Shown here: positions 9,051 to 19,388 of the stretch, in pieces
Layout of the letters: each line of letters begins with the position of its first letter
How positions within the stretch are numbered: position 1 is the stretch's first letter
Source of the DNA: Minisyncoccota bacterium
Lineage (GTDB): Bacteria; Patescibacteriota; Minisyncoccia; Phycocordibacterales; UBA12079
Assembly (NCBI GenBank): GCA_023140255.1
Contig: JAGLLX010000001.1
Span: 27,861-91,860, forward strand
Direction: 5' to 3'
Length of the DNA: 64,000 nucleotides
Made by a program: the position numbers and the translations under genes
Notes under the pieces: generated by a model
What the model was told of the DNA's origin: nothing
Database searches by the model: none
Seen by the model: the letters and a program-made list of their open reading frames with translations, nothing else

Positions 9051-10307
9051 ATGGATAATATTTTATTTCAAATCAAAAAAATAATTCCCACTAAATTATT
9101 TAAATTAGGACAGCCTGCCTATCATTATATACTTGCTTTAACTGGAGCTGTTATTTATCGTTTCCCTTCTCGTAAAATATCTGTGATTGGAATAACTGGA
9201 ACAAAAGGAAAGACCTCTGTGGCTGAATTTGTAAATGTGATTTTAGAAGAAGCTGGTTATAAGACAGCTTTAGCTGGAACTTTACGTTTTAAAATAGGAA
9301 AAGAATCTATTCCAAATAAATTCAAAATGACAATGCCTGGAAGATTTTTTATCCAAAATTTTATTAGAAAAGCTGTAAATAAAAAATGTGATTATGTAAT
9401 CCTAGAAATGACATCTGAAGGAACAAAACAATTTAGACATAAATTTATATCACTTAATTCTTTAATTTTTACAAATTTAGCCCCTGAACATATAGAATCA
9501 CACGGTTCTTATGAAAATTATTTAAAAGCTAAGTTAAAAATTATCCAAGCTTTAGAAAGATCTCCTAAAAAAAATAAATCTATAATTGTAAATTCAGATG
9601 ATAAAGAGGGTTTTAAATTTTTAAATATAAATATTGAAAATAAAATATCTTATTCCCTTTCTGAAATTGAACCTTTTGAATTAAAAAAAGATGGTTTAAG
9701 TTTTACTTACCAAAACACAAAAATAGAATCCCCTCTTTCAGGAGAGTTTAATATTTATAATATTTTATCTGCAATTAAATTTGCAGAAACTCAAAAAGTA
9801 GATATTAATATAATTAAAAAAGCAATTAAGAATTTTGAAATTATTAGAGGTAGAGTTGAAAAAATAAACGAAGGGCAAGATTTTGAAATAATAGTTGATT
9901 ATGCTCATACTCCAGATTCATTAGAGAAACTTTATCAAGCTTTCCCAAATTCAAATAAAATTTGTATTCTAGGAAACACAGGAGGAGGAAGAGATATTTG
10001 GAAAAGAAAAGTAATGGGATCAATTGCTGATAAATATTGTTCTAAAATTATATTAACAAACGAGGACCCTTATGATGAAGATCCTTTGAAAATACTTAAG
10101 GATGTTGCTGAAGGGGTTTCTAATATAAAATATGAAACTATTCTGGATAGGAAAGAAGCAATTAAAAAAGCAATTTCTCTTGCTCAGACAGGAGATACAA
10201 TTTTAATTTCAGGAAAAGGAACTGACCCTTATATAATGGGCCCAAATAATAGTAAAATTGAATGGGATGATGCAAGTGTTGTAAGAGAAATTCTTATTAG
10301 TGAATAA
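9051..10307 (+). CDS. Mur ligase family protein (MurE/cyanophycin-synthetase-like, short form)
   Basis: GITGTKGKTS ATP-binding motif; DYAHTPDSL C-terminal Mur-ligase motif. Confidence 0.65.
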   Translation: MDNILFQIKKIIPTKLFKLGQPAYHYILALTGAVIYRFPSRKISVIGITGTKGKTSVAEFVNVILEEAGYKTALAGTLRFKIGKESIPNKFKMTMPGRFFIQNFIRKAVNKKCDYVILEMTSEGTKQFRHKFISLNSLIFTNLAPEHIESHGSYENYLKAKLKIIQALERSPKKNKSIIVNSDDKEGFKFLNINIENKISYSLSEIEPFELKKDGLSFTYQNTKIESPLSGEFNIYNILSAIKFAETQKVDINIIKKAIKNFEIIRGRVEKINEGQDFEIIVDYAHTPDSLEKLYQAFPNSNKICILGNTGGGRDIWKRKVMGSIADKYCSKIILTNEDPYDEDPLKILKDVAEGVSNIKYETILDRKEAIKKAISLAQTGDTILISGKGTDPYIMGPNNSKIEWDDASVVREILISE

Positions 10308-10349
10308 GGTTTCTTTTTTATTCCTTTTTGTTTTATAATAAATTTAATT

Positions 10350-11309
10350 ATGGATGACGCTGCAAAATCAATACTTTTTATATTACTAGGTTTAGGATTA
10401 TTTTGGTTTATTACCGGTGGTCTTAATCGTATGGAAGAAGGTATGTTTATAACTCCCCCAACTTTTGAAAAACCAAGTGAAGTTTATGGAGAAGTTCCTT
10501 CTTTTTGGGATTTCTTAAAAAGACCTGCTTCTGAACAAAATCTTTCCCCTGAAGAAAAACTTCAATTAGAAATAGAGCAAGCTAAAAAAGAAGCTGATCA
10601 AATAGAATATGATTTAGAAAAAATTAAAGAATTAGAAGATACATCTATTTATAAAAACAAAATAGAAATTAGTAGAAGTTACGGATCTCGTTCTAATGTA
10701 AACGAAGAATATATTAAATTAAAAGTAAATAATCTTGGTGGAGAAAAATTACAAATTTCTGACTGGACATTAAAAAGTAAAATGACTGGACAAGAAATTT
10801 CTTTAGGAAAAGTAGTTAAATTACCTTATACCTCACAAAATAATTACCTTCAAACTCTTTTTGTTTCTGGAGGTGAAGAAATAATTGTAATGAGTGGAAG
10901 ATCTCCAATCGGTTTTTCTTTTCAGATTAATAAATGTTCAGGATATTTAGAACAATTCCAAGATTTTGAACCAAGAATATCTAAAAATTGTCCTTTAATT
11001 GAAGATGAAAATTTACCGATTATAGGACCAAATGCTTTTAATGACGCTTGTTTAGATTTTATTGATGATATCTCTAGATGCGAAACACCTTTAAATTACC
11101 CTCTAGATATGCAAGGTGAATGTAGGAATTATTTAATAACAAATGCCAATCATAATACTTGTATAACTAATTATAAAAATGATTCTAATTTTTATAAAGC
11201 AGAATGGAGAATTTTCTTAAATAGAACACAAGAGTTGTGGAAAAAAGATAGAGAGATTATTGAATTACGAGATAACCAAGGTAAATTGGTTGATTCTTAT
11301 TCTTATTAA
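10350..11309 (+). CDS. Membrane-anchored protein with lamin-tail-domain (LTD)-like region
   Basis: N-terminal TM; coiled-coil; EEYIKLKVNNLGGEKLQISDWTLKS resembles the LTD signature. Confidence 0.45.
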   Translation: MDDAAKSILFILLGLGLFWFITGGLNRMEEGMFITPPTFEKPSEVYGEVPSFWDFLKRPASEQNLSPEEKLQLEIEQAKKEADQIEYDLEKIKELEDTSIYKNKIEISRSYGSRSNVNEEYIKLKVNNLGGEKLQISDWTLKSKMTGQEISLGKVVKLPYTSQNNYLQTLFVSGGEEIIVMSGRSPIGFSFQINKCSGYLEQFQDFEPRISKNCPLIEDENLPIIGPNAFNDACLDFIDDISRCETPLNYPLDMQGECRNYLITNANHNTCITNYKNDSNFYKAEWRIFLNRTQELWKKDREIIELRDNQGKLVDSYSY

Positions 11310-11779
11310 ATATTCAAAATTCTAAATAAAGCAATTCCTGTCGTTACAGAAACATTCAAAGATTCTTTATTTCCTTTCATTGGGATTTCTGCAATTTTAT
11401 CGCACTTCTGAAGAAGTTGTTTTGAAATTCCCTTTACCTCATTACCTACTATAAAAGCAGTGGATTTTTTTATTTTGATTTTTTTATAATCAATAGATTT
11501 TTTATCTTGTTCTATTCCAATTATTTCTACCCCTTCTTTTTTTAATTTATCAATTATTTTATTTGGCTGAGAAAAATATTCCCATTCAATATCTTTTTCT
11601 GCTCCAAGAGCTGTTTTTGAAATAGCTGAAACTTCCCTTCCAAATCTATCTATTGGTTTTGGTGTATAACCACTTAAAAATATTTTTGAAATACCACAAG
11701 CGTCTGCAGTTCTAAAAATAGAACCTACATTTTGAGCACTTCTAATGTTATGTAAAATAAGATAATATTTTTGTTTCAT
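11306..11779 (-). CDS. SpoU/TrmH-family RNA 2'-O-methyltransferase (TrmL-like)
   Basis: NVGSIFRTADACG ... VGNEVKGIS motifs. Confidence 0.75.
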   Translation of the reverse strand: MKQKYYLILHNIRSAQNVGSIFRTADACGISKIFLSGYTPKPIDRFGREVSAISKTALGAEKDIEWEYFSQPNKIIDKLKKEGVEIIGIEQDKKSIDYKKIKIKKSTAFIVGNEVKGISKQLLQKCDKIAEIPMKGNKESLNVSVTTGIALFRILNI

Positions 11780-11900
11780 CCTGTTAGAGATACTTTATTA
11801 AAAGTCTTTCTAACGGGACAAATCCCTTACTTTTAATAAATATCTTTAAATTAAATTATTAATCTTTTTCCCGCCAGATCTCTAACGGGATTCATTTTTT
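11780..11900. repeat. Structured repeat/leader element (CCGTTAGAG family), copy B
   Basis: About 90% identical to 5362..5480; same position immediately 5' of a minus-strand RNA methyltransferase start codon. Confidence 0.55.
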
Positions 11901-11956
11901 TAGTATAAAAAAATAGTGCGAGTTTTACAACCCGCACTATATACTAACACCTCTTT

Positions 11957-12421
11957 TTAATAAACAGAGGTATCAACAGGACTACTTTCAAGAATAAAAG
12001 AATTTGTTCCTTTATTCTCTTTTTTCCCCATCATCGTCCTCCTCATAGTTTCGGCCGCTGCAATTCCCTCTTTTTCCTTTTTTGTAAAAAGGTTTTCGGG
12101 AACTTTATACCCATTAATTACAATAGGTACTCCAGCAATCAATTTTAACTTTGCATTTTGGGGATCAAACTCAATCCCCATCTGTCTTGCAAGCTCACAT
12201 ACTCGTGCAGAAACACGAAAGTATTCAGCTTGCCTTTTAAGACTTTTGCAACGACGTCTTTCCCTCCGTGCTATAACACGAGATTTCTGAACTACTGATA
12301 CCTTTGACACCTTAGGAGGAACTGAATCGGGCACCAAAACATCTATGGCAGCTAAAGCACCTATAAAAATAACAATGAGCCCGACAAAAATAATCCCAAC
12401 AACCTTAATCATCTTTTTCAT
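11957..12421 (-). CDS. Hypothetical membrane-anchored protein (locally GC-rich)
   Basis: 154-aa ORF with N-terminal TM, noticeably higher GC than surroundings, hairpin terminator at 11913..11940. Confidence 0.35.
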   Translation of the reverse strand: MKKMIKVVGIIFVGLIVIFIGALAAIDVLVPDSVPPKVSKVSVVQKSRVIARRERRRCKSLKRQAEYFRVSARVCELARQMGIEFDPQNAKLKLIAGVPIVINGYKVPENLFTKKEKEGIAAAETMRRTMMGKKENKGTNSFILESSPVDTSVY

Positions 12422-12523
12422 TCTCCTTCTCCTTTTTTATTTAAATTAAATTATTTTAAACTTCTCTATATATAGAGTACCATTAATACATAGCAAGTGT
12501 CAAATTATATAATCAAAGCCTAA

Positions 12524-12578
12524 TTTCTTTTTGTTAAAATAGTAGACATCCGATGTCTACTATTTTAACAAAAAGAAA
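12524..12578. repeat. Near-perfect 55-bp palindrome (25-27-bp arms, 3-nt spacer)
   Basis: TTCTTTTTGTTAAAATAGTAGACAT-CCG-ATGTCTACTATTTTAACAAAAAGAA in a divergent intergenic region. Confidence 0.6.
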
Positions 12579-12629
12579 AGGTAATATTTTCCCTATACTC
12601 TATTCTACTTATTATGTTATAATAAAAAA

Positions 12630-12998
12630 ATGTTAAACACGTTTCCGGATTTACTAACCTTATCTTTTATAGCTCCTCTTATCTTAAGGATTTTTTTAGG
12701 TATTTATTTAATTAAAAACGGATGGAAAGAGATATCCACATACAAAAATAGAAATTTTAGTTATATTAGACTTTTTAAATTATTAAAAGTTTTAGGTGCT
12801 TTTTTACTTATTTTAGGATTCCTTACTCAAATAACTAGTCTTTTCTTAATGTTAATAATTCTTTTTGATATTAGTTTTAAAATTAAAAATAATAAATTAG
12901 AAAAAAAAGAATTGGATTTATATATTATTATCTTTGGAGTTTTATTGTCTTTAATTCTTTCTGGAGCTGGGTTTTTAGCTATTGATATACCTTTGTAG
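12630..12998 (+). CDS. DoxX-like small membrane protein
   Basis: 122 aa, 3-4 TM helices. Confidence 0.4.
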   Translation: MLNTFPDLLTLSFIAPLILRIFLGIYLIKNGWKEISTYKNRNFSYIRLFKLLKVLGAFLLILGFLTQITSLFLMLIILFDISFKIKNNKLEKKELDLYIIIFGVLLSLILSGAGFLAIDIPL

Positions 12999-13194
12999 GA
13001 AAATTCTATTGGACTTTTCCTGTTTTTTTGATATTATCTTTTTGTGTTTACATATTATATCCGCCCGTACTTGCCTACCGGCATAGGCAGGGCTCAGGGG
13101 TGGAGATGAAAGCGATGTTTAAGAGCTTCCATGGCTTTTAAGTTCATTTAAAAGGTTGTGGAAAATAGTTGAAAACAAAATACAAAATATATAT

Positions 13195-13267
13195 CCGCCC
13201 GTAGCTCAGATGGTAGAGCAGCAGCCTTTTAAGCTGACGGTCGCAGGTTCGATCCCTGCCGGGCGGA
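13195..13267 (+). tRNA. tRNA-Lys (anticodon TTT)
   Basis: CCGCCCGTAGCTCAGATGGTAGAGCA... ; anticodon loop CTTTTAA; C1:G72 acceptor; T-loop TTCGATC. Confidence 0.8.
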
Positions 13268-13271
13268 CATG

Positions 13272-13314
13272 AAATACTTAACCCTAAAGCGCCTAGCTTT
13301 AGGGTTAAGTATTT
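13272..13314. terminator. 19-bp-stem hairpin between tRNA-Lys and holA
   Basis: AAATACTTAACCCTAAAGC-GCCTA-GCTTTAGGGTTAAGTATTT, T-rich flanks. Confidence 0.55.
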
Positions 13315-13322
13315 TACTGCTT

Positions 13323-14108
13323 TTAAATCTCTAAAATAAATTTTTCTAAAGCTAAATCAAATTCACACAAACCTCTTCGTGCATCATGATAAATAGTGAC
13401 TAAATCTGAACTAATTTTTTTCAATTCTTCTTCTGAATATTTTTTTAAATAACTTTCAGCTTTATTAAACACAAAAGGTTTTAAATTTGCCTCAACAGCA
13501 TTTTTTGAATTTAAAGCCTGAAACATCACCCTTAATTGCCAAAAAAGAATACCACTTACTTCTTCAGTAGAAATATTTTTGTTTTTTGTTTTTTGATACA
13601 AAACCCATAAATCTTTTTTATTTCTGTTTCCAAAACAAGTAGCTAAATCAAAAATATTAAAATCATTAATTTGAAAATCTCCATTTCTAGTAGCAAAAGT
13701 TCTTCCTCCATTCTCTTTTAGTGAAAATTCCTGAACTTTTGTAGCATATTTCTCAATCTTCTTTAAAATAGGTTTATTGATTTTTTTCTCTTTAAATAAA
13801 AAGATATTTTCTGACTCTGATATTTCTTTCAATTTATTTAAAATAAAATCTTGAGTATCTTTATCTTCAAACAAAAAATCCATTTGAATAATATATTTTT
13901 GTTCAAATAAACCTTGCCCAAATAACAATTCTTCTAATTTACTTTCATTAAAATTATCTAAATCTAATTTAAAAAAACTAGCATTTGGTTTTTTAATAAA
14001 TAATAAATCCAATAAAGAATCTAGTTTTTTCTTAGCTTTTTGAGTATTATTTCCGTACAAAAAATATAACATATTCCTTAAGTATAAAATAAAAAAAAGT
14101 AATCGCAA
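13323..14108 (-). CDS. holA: DNA polymerase III delta subunit (HolA)-like
   Basis: MLYFLYGNN... N-terminus and overall length/pattern of HolA; low sequence conservation. Confidence 0.5.
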   Translation of the reverse strand: MRLLFFILYLRNMLYFLYGNNTQKAKKKLDSLLDLLFIKKPNASFFKLDLDNFNESKLEELLFGQGLFEQKYIIQMDFLFEDKDTQDFILNKLKEISESENIFLFKEKKINKPILKKIEKYATKVQEFSLKENGGRTFATRNGDFQINDFNIFDLATCFGNRNKKDLWVLYQKTKNKNISTEEVSGILFWQLRVMFQALNSKNAVEANLKPFVFNKAESYLKKYSEEELKKISSDLVTIYHDARRGLCEFDLALEKFILEI

Positions 14109-14139
14109 AGCGACTACTTAAATCTTTTATTTTTAATAA

Positions 14140-14616
14140 TTACCACCTCTCTGAATAATTAGTAAAACATTCTTCTTTATCATTTTGGATTCTGTTTTTA
14201 TCTTTTAATTTATGAGGAGAAATTTGATTTTCACACTCACCTACTTCAAATAATTTATCTCCATTTAAACTTAAATCTAAAGAAATACACTTACCTAAAA
14301 CTTTATCGTAATGAATTAATAACTCTTCCCATTCATTTTCAACTTTCATTAAACACTCATTTAACAAAACTCTATTTACAGAATTATTATTTAAAAAATT
14401 CGTGATAGTAGCTGTATTTTTATATTCTTCTTTTTTAAATAAATCTTCAATAAAATTAAAAACTTTATTTAAAGAGGCACTTTCTAACCCTATATCTTCT
14501 TTTTGTAAATATGAATTTTCTGCTCGTGTAACAGCAGCATAATAAATTACTGTAAATATAATTACTAAAATTAAAAAAACAATAAATATAAATTTTAAAA
14601 TCTTTTTATAATCCAT
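14140..14616 (-). CDS. Hypothetical membrane-anchored protein
   Basis: 158 aa, N-terminal TM helix. Confidence 0.35.
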   Translation of the reverse strand: MDYKKILKFIFIVFLILVIIFTVIYYAAVTRAENSYLQKEDIGLESASLNKVFNFIEDLFKKEEYKNTATITNFLNNNSVNRVLLNECLMKVENEWEELLIHYDKVLGKCISLDLSLNGDKLFEVGECENQISPHKLKDKNRIQNDKEECFTNYSERW

Positions 14617-14737
14617 AAAAACAAAAAACTTTTGTATATAAATACATACAAAAGATTTATTAAATTATTTTAAACAATTATTAATAAAGAACTGCTTAAG
14701 ACAATTATTTTAAACGAAAGGATTTGATTATGCAAAT

Positions 14738-17158
14738 TTAACCAAGGGATAAGTCAAAATTAACTAGATTCCCCCAGCTTTTACCTTGCTTAACACTCAC
14801 TTGAAAAGTGATTCCATAACTCTGGTCTAATGGTATTATTGTTTCCATTATCTCTTTTATTTTTAAAATATATTTTTTATCAACACCTTCTTTAATTTCA
14901 AAAATTAATTCATCATGAACCTGAAGAAGTAATTTAATATCTTTTTCTAATTTATTTTCAGTAATATATTTATTAATTCTTATCATTGCTATTTTTAAGA
15001 TATCAGCGCTTGTCCCTTGCACAGGAGCGTTAATAGCCATTCTTTCTGCCATTGCTTTAATAAAAGGTATTTTTGATTTTATTCCTTCAAAATAACGCAT
15101 TCTTCCAAAAAAAGTTTTAGTGTAGCCTGTTTTTGATGCATCATTCTTAACTTTTTCTAAATAACTAGCTACTGTTTTAAAAGTCTCAAAATATTTATTA
15201 TAAAAATCTTGTGCCTCTTTACGAGTTATTTTTTCTAACCCACCAGAAGCATCTTCCATATTTTGTCTTAAAGAATTAACACCCATCCCATAAATCATTC
15301 CAAAGTTCACAGTTTTTGCTTTTCTTCTCATCCCATCATTTACTTTTTCTAAAGGTACTCCAAAAATTTTAGAAGCTACAGCAGAATGAACATCATCTCC
15401 TTTTTTAAAAATCTCTATCATATTTTTATCCTCTGACAACATAGCCACAACCCTTAATTCTACTTGTGAATAATCAAAAGCAACTAAGTCAAAACCTTCT
15501 TGAGATTTAAAAGCCTCTCTTATTTTTCTTCCTTGTTCTGTTTTGATAGGAATATTTTGTAGGTTAGGGTGATTAGATGAAATTCTCCCAGTAGTCGTTC
15601 CTGTTTGTAAAAAAGTAGTGTGAATCAAACTTTTCTGATCAGTTAATTTAGGTAAACTATCAATATAAGTTGATAATAATTTCTTTAACTCTCTGTATTT
15701 TAAAATATTTCCAATAACAGGGTGAACTTCTATCATTTTTTGCAACTCAGATTCTTTAGTTGAACGCATTCCTGTTGAAGTTTTTTTTCTACTTTTAGTT
15801 TCTAGATTCATTTTTTCAAAAAGAACTTCTGATAATTGTTTAGGAGAGTTTATGTTAAATTCCTCCCCTGTTTGCTTCCAAATTTCTTTTTCTAAAATAT
15901 TTAATTTTTTTGTATAATCAACAGACAACTCTTTTAAATATTTTAAATCTAATTTAATTCCATTTTCCTTCATCTTCTTAAAAATCGGAATAAGTGGAAT
16001 TTCAATATTATTATAAACTTCTTCTAAATTATTTTTTTTAATTTCTTCTAAAATTTTTTCTTGAGCCTTTTTAAAAGTTTTTTCTCCTATATAATCTTTT
16101 ATTTCTTCAATAGAAGTTTTTGTTTTATCAGAGTTTAACAACCACAAAGCAATTGCTGTTTTTTCAAAATCTGAATCACTTACCACTTCTTCTGGTTCCT
16201 TAGATTTAGAAATATTTTCTGATTCTTGTCTCCCTTCTTCTTGATTAAAAAATAATGTTCTAGCTCTTTGTAAAAGGGTTCTAAAACCTAAATCTTGGAA
16301 TAAAGAAATTATTTTTTCCTCACTAACTCCTTCTTTCCAAATTTTTTTTGGTAAAATAAATTTAATAGGAACATTTAATTGAATAGTTGCTAGTTCTTTT
16401 GAAAAAAGAGCTTCTTCTTTATTATCTTTTAGTAAATTAATAATTCTTGGCTTAATTCCTTTATCTAAAAAAACATCTTCATCTTTTTCTAGTTTTTTAT
16501 AGATATCTTCAATAGTCCCAAAATTACAAACCAAAATAGTTGCTATTTTATCTCCTATCCCTTTAATTCCTTTAATATTATCTGAGGGGTCTCCTCTTAA
16601 TCCTTTATAATCTATCAATATTTTAGGACCAAAACCAAATCTGTCTACAACCGCCTTTTCATCATATAAAATAACATTATTAATTCCTGTTTTAAGAGTA
16701 TAAACCTGCACTTTTTTATTATCTACTAATTGTAAAGTGTCCATATCTCCAGAAGCAATAATGACATCAATATCTTTGTCTTTTAATTGCTCAGCGATTG
16801 TCCCTAAAATATCATCAGCTTCAAAACCCTCTTTCTCATAAATAGGAATATTAAAAACTTTAAAAATATCCCTAGATCTTTCTATTTGAGAAATTAATTC
16901 TTCATCAGGTTTTTTTCTTCCAGCTTTATAATCTTTATAAATTTCATGTCTATAAGTTTTTTTAGGTAAATCATAACAAGCCACAATATAATCTGGGCTA
17001 AAATCAGAAATTATTTTTAATAACATTGAAGAAACCCCATATAAAGCACCTGTTGGCTCTCCTTTACTTGAACTGAAATCAGGAAGAGCATGATAGGCTC
17101 TATGTAGAATTGCGTAAGCATCCAGAAGAACTATTTTTTTTGTATTTTCTTTAGTCAT
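14738..17158 (-). CDS. polA: DNA polymerase I (5'-3' exonuclease + polymerase domains)
   Basis: N-terminal FEN-like domain; C-terminal motifs DYSQVELRV, RRKAKTVNFGMIYG, LQVHDEL. Confidence 0.9.
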   Translation of the reverse strand: MTKENTKKIVLLDAYAILHRAYHALPDFSSSKGEPTGALYGVSSMLLKIISDFSPDYIVACYDLPKKTYRHEIYKDYKAGRKKPDEELISQIERSRDIFKVFNIPIYEKEGFEADDILGTIAEQLKDKDIDVIIASGDMDTLQLVDNKKVQVYTLKTGINNVILYDEKAVVDRFGFGPKILIDYKGLRGDPSDNIKGIKGIGDKIATILVCNFGTIEDIYKKLEKDEDVFLDKGIKPRIINLLKDNKEEALFSKELATIQLNVPIKFILPKKIWKEGVSEEKIISLFQDLGFRTLLQRARTLFFNQEEGRQESENISKSKEPEEVVSDSDFEKTAIALWLLNSDKTKTSIEEIKDYIGEKTFKKAQEKILEEIKKNNLEEVYNNIEIPLIPIFKKMKENGIKLDLKYLKELSVDYTKKLNILEKEIWKQTGEEFNINSPKQLSEVLFEKMNLETKSRKKTSTGMRSTKESELQKMIEVHPVIGNILKYRELKKLLSTYIDSLPKLTDQKSLIHTTFLQTGTTTGRISSNHPNLQNIPIKTEQGRKIREAFKSQEGFDLVAFDYSQVELRVVAMLSEDKNMIEIFKKGDDVHSAVASKIFGVPLEKVNDGMRRKAKTVNFGMIYGMGVNSLRQNMEDASGGLEKITRKEAQDFYNKYFETFKTVASYLEKVKNDASKTGYTKTFFGRMRYFEGIKSKIPFIKAMAERMAINAPVQGTSADILKIAMIRINKYITENKLEKDIKLLLQVHDELIFEIKEGVDKKYILKIKEIMETIIPLDQSYGITFQVSVKQGKSWGNLVNFDLSLG

Positions 17159-17594
17159 AAATTATTTCTCTTTTATTTTCATCTATAAATTTAAAACTTA
17201 TTTTCTTTACTTTTTTAGGTAGAACTTCTTTCACCCTTTCTGGCCATTCTATAAAAATAATATTTCTATTATCTTGAATATTTTCTCTCCAATTTAAATT
17301 TAATAATTCTTCTCCTGACTCTAACCTATAAGCATCAATATGAATTAAATTTTCAAAACCTAAATTATTATCTTCAATTTTATATTGTTTTTGAATTACA
17401 AAGGTTGGACTAGTAATATAATCTTTGATTTTAAAAAAATTTGCTACCGCTTGAGTAAAAGTAGTCTTTCCTGAACCTAAATCACCTGTCAATATTATTA
17501 TTTCAGCTCTATTTTGCTCCTTTTTTAAATTTTTAACATAAAAATCAGCAAAATCCCTCATTTCTTCTATATTTTTTATAATTTTCTTTTCCAT
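17151..17594 (-). CDS. tsaE: tRNA t6A biosynthesis protein TsaE (YjeE)
   Basis: LTGDLGSGKTTFTQ P-loop; overlaps polA start by 8 nt. Confidence 0.75.
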   Translation of the reverse strand: MEKKIIKNIEEMRDFADFYVKNLKKEQNRAEIIILTGDLGSGKTTFTQAVANFFKIKDYITSPTFVIQKQYKIEDNNLGFENLIHIDAYRLESGEELLNLNWRENIQDNRNIIFIEWPERVKEVLPKKVKKISFKFIDENKREIIYD

Positions 17595-17683
17595 TACCTA
17601 TTAATAATACCATATTCCCTCTTACTCTCCACATTTTAAGTACTACTTTCCAATCAATCTCTGATATAATATTAACTAAGATT

Positions 17684-19354
17684 ATGTTTGATTTAAAAAA
17701 TATAAAGGAACAAAAAGATGTCCAATTATTACGCGAACAAGAAGAGGAAGAATTAGCTAAAATTCTTTCTGTTAAATATGATGTTCGTTATATAAACTTA
17801 AAAACAGTTTCAATTAAAACAGATGCTCTTAAAATTGTTCCTGAAAAAAAATCACGAGAACTTAAAATAATTGTTTTTGAAAAAGTTGGTAAAAAAATTA
17901 AAGTTGCTGTTATTTCACCTAAAGAAACTGAAACCGTTGTATATTTAAAAAAATTAGAAGAAAAAGGCTATTCCTTAACTATTTATATGGTTTCTCATAA
18001 AAGTATTGAAAAAGCATGGTCTCGTTATGCTGAAATGTCTTACAATACAAAAACAACAGCTGGATTGGTTGATATTGTTCCAGAAAATGTAGAAAATATT
18101 TTTAGTAAAACAACTAATTTAGAAGACCTTAAAGAAATATTAAAAGATATTTTAAATAGTAAAGTTCAACATATTACTTCTCGTTTTTTTGAAGCGATAT
18201 TAGCAGGAGCTTTAGCTACAGGAGCTTCTGATATTCATATTGAACCTGAAGAAGATTTTATTACATTAAGATTTCGTTTAGATGGTGTATTGGTTGTAGT
18301 CGCTAAATTTAAAAAACATTTATATAAATTACTTCTTTCACGAATTAAATTAATTTCAGGATTGAAATTAAATGTAACTAAAAAACCACAAGACGGACGT
18401 TTAAGTATTAAATTACAAGAAAAAAGTGTTGAAATAAGAGTTTCTGTTCTCCCTGACGCTTATGGAGAATCTATTGTATTAAGATTATTAGATCCAGCTA
18501 ATATTTCAGTAACAATAAAAGATTTAGGAATAGAAAAGAATCTTTTTGAAATACTAAATAAAGAAATTCATAGGCCTAATGGAATGATTTTAAATACAGG
18601 TCCTACCGGATCAGGAAAAACTACTAGTCTTTATGCTTTTTTAAGGAAAATACATACCCCTGAAAATAAAATAATTACAATTGAAAATCCTATTGAGTAT
18701 CATTTACCAGGAATTGTCCAAACTCAAATAAATATAGATAAAGGTTATACTTTTCTTGAGGGATTAAAATCTTCATTAAGACAAGACCCTGATATAATAA
18801 TGGTGGGTGAGATCCGTGATACAGACACAGCAAAAGTTGCAGTTAACTCTGCTTTAACTGGCCATCTTGTTTTCTCTACCCTACACACAAATAATGCAGT
18901 TGGAACTTTTTATCGTTTAATAGATTTAGGAATACAAGCAAATATTATTAGTACTGCTATAAATATAATAATCGCGCAAAGACTTGTAAGGAAACCTTGT
19001 GAGCATTGTAAAAAAGAAGTTTTAATTGAAGAAAAAGACAAAGAAGAAATTTCTAAGATCTTAGGAGAGATAGATAATGTTGAAAAATATACAACTAATA
19101 CAGAAAAAATGTTTGTTCCTGTTGGATGTGATGAATGTAATAATACTGGGTATAAAGGAAGGATTGGAATTTTTGAAGCAATTTTAGTTAACGCTGAAAT
19201 CTCAAAATTACTAGAACAAAATCCTGGAAAAGAAGTTATAAAAACAATCTTCAAACAGCAAGGATTATTATCATTAGCTCAAGATGGAGTTATAAAAGTC
19301 TTGAACGGAGATACAACATTAGATGAATTACGAAGGGTTATTGATTTAGAATAA
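17684..19354 (+). CDS. pilB: Type IV pilus/type II secretion assembly ATPase (PilB/GspE family)
   Basis: GPTGSGKTT Walker A, Asp box, His box, C-terminal CxxC...CxxC zinc motif. Confidence 0.85.
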   Translation: MFDLKNIKEQKDVQLLREQEEEELAKILSVKYDVRYINLKTVSIKTDALKIVPEKKSRELKIIVFEKVGKKIKVAVISPKETETVVYLKKLEEKGYSLTIYMVSHKSIEKAWSRYAEMSYNTKTTAGLVDIVPENVENIFSKTTNLEDLKEILKDILNSKVQHITSRFFEAILAGALATGASDIHIEPEEDFITLRFRLDGVLVVVAKFKKHLYKLLLSRIKLISGLKLNVTKKPQDGRLSIKLQEKSVEIRVSVLPDAYGESIVLRLLDPANISVTIKDLGIEKNLFEILNKEIHRPNGMILNTGPTGSGKTTSLYAFLRKIHTPENKIITIENPIEYHLPGIVQTQINIDKGYTFLEGLKSSLRQDPDIIMVGEIRDTDTAKVAVNSALTGHLVFSTLHTNNAVGTFYRLIDLGIQANIISTAINIIIAQRLVRKPCEHCKKEVLIEEKDKEEISKILGEIDNVEKYTTNTEKMFVPVGCDECNNTGYKGRIGIFEAILVNAEISKLLEQNPGKEVIKTIFKQQGLLSLAQDGVIKVLNGDTTLDELRRVIDLE

Positions 19355-19388
19355 AATTTATGTTTAGATAGGAGATAAGTACAAAATT

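Noticed and set aside
13060-13190. GC-rich 120-nt segment as SRP (4.5S) RNA, or as an intron of tRNA-Lys
   Set aside because: No GGAA-tetraloop/AGCAGCC domain-IV signature readable; the tRNA-Lys downstream is complete and uninterrupted, so an intron is not needed. Kept only as an unexplained insert.
18910-19254. 114-aa ORF antisense to pilB, and similar antisense ORFs at 6073, 21538, 24460, 27642, 31151, 31796, 37828, 39020, 41098, 46377, 48285, 49061, 49922, 52531, 58937, 60453, 61206 and 63600
   Set aside because: Each is fully embedded in the opposite strand of a well-supported conserved gene, has no RBS and low-complexity composition; typical AT-rich-genome shadow ORFs.
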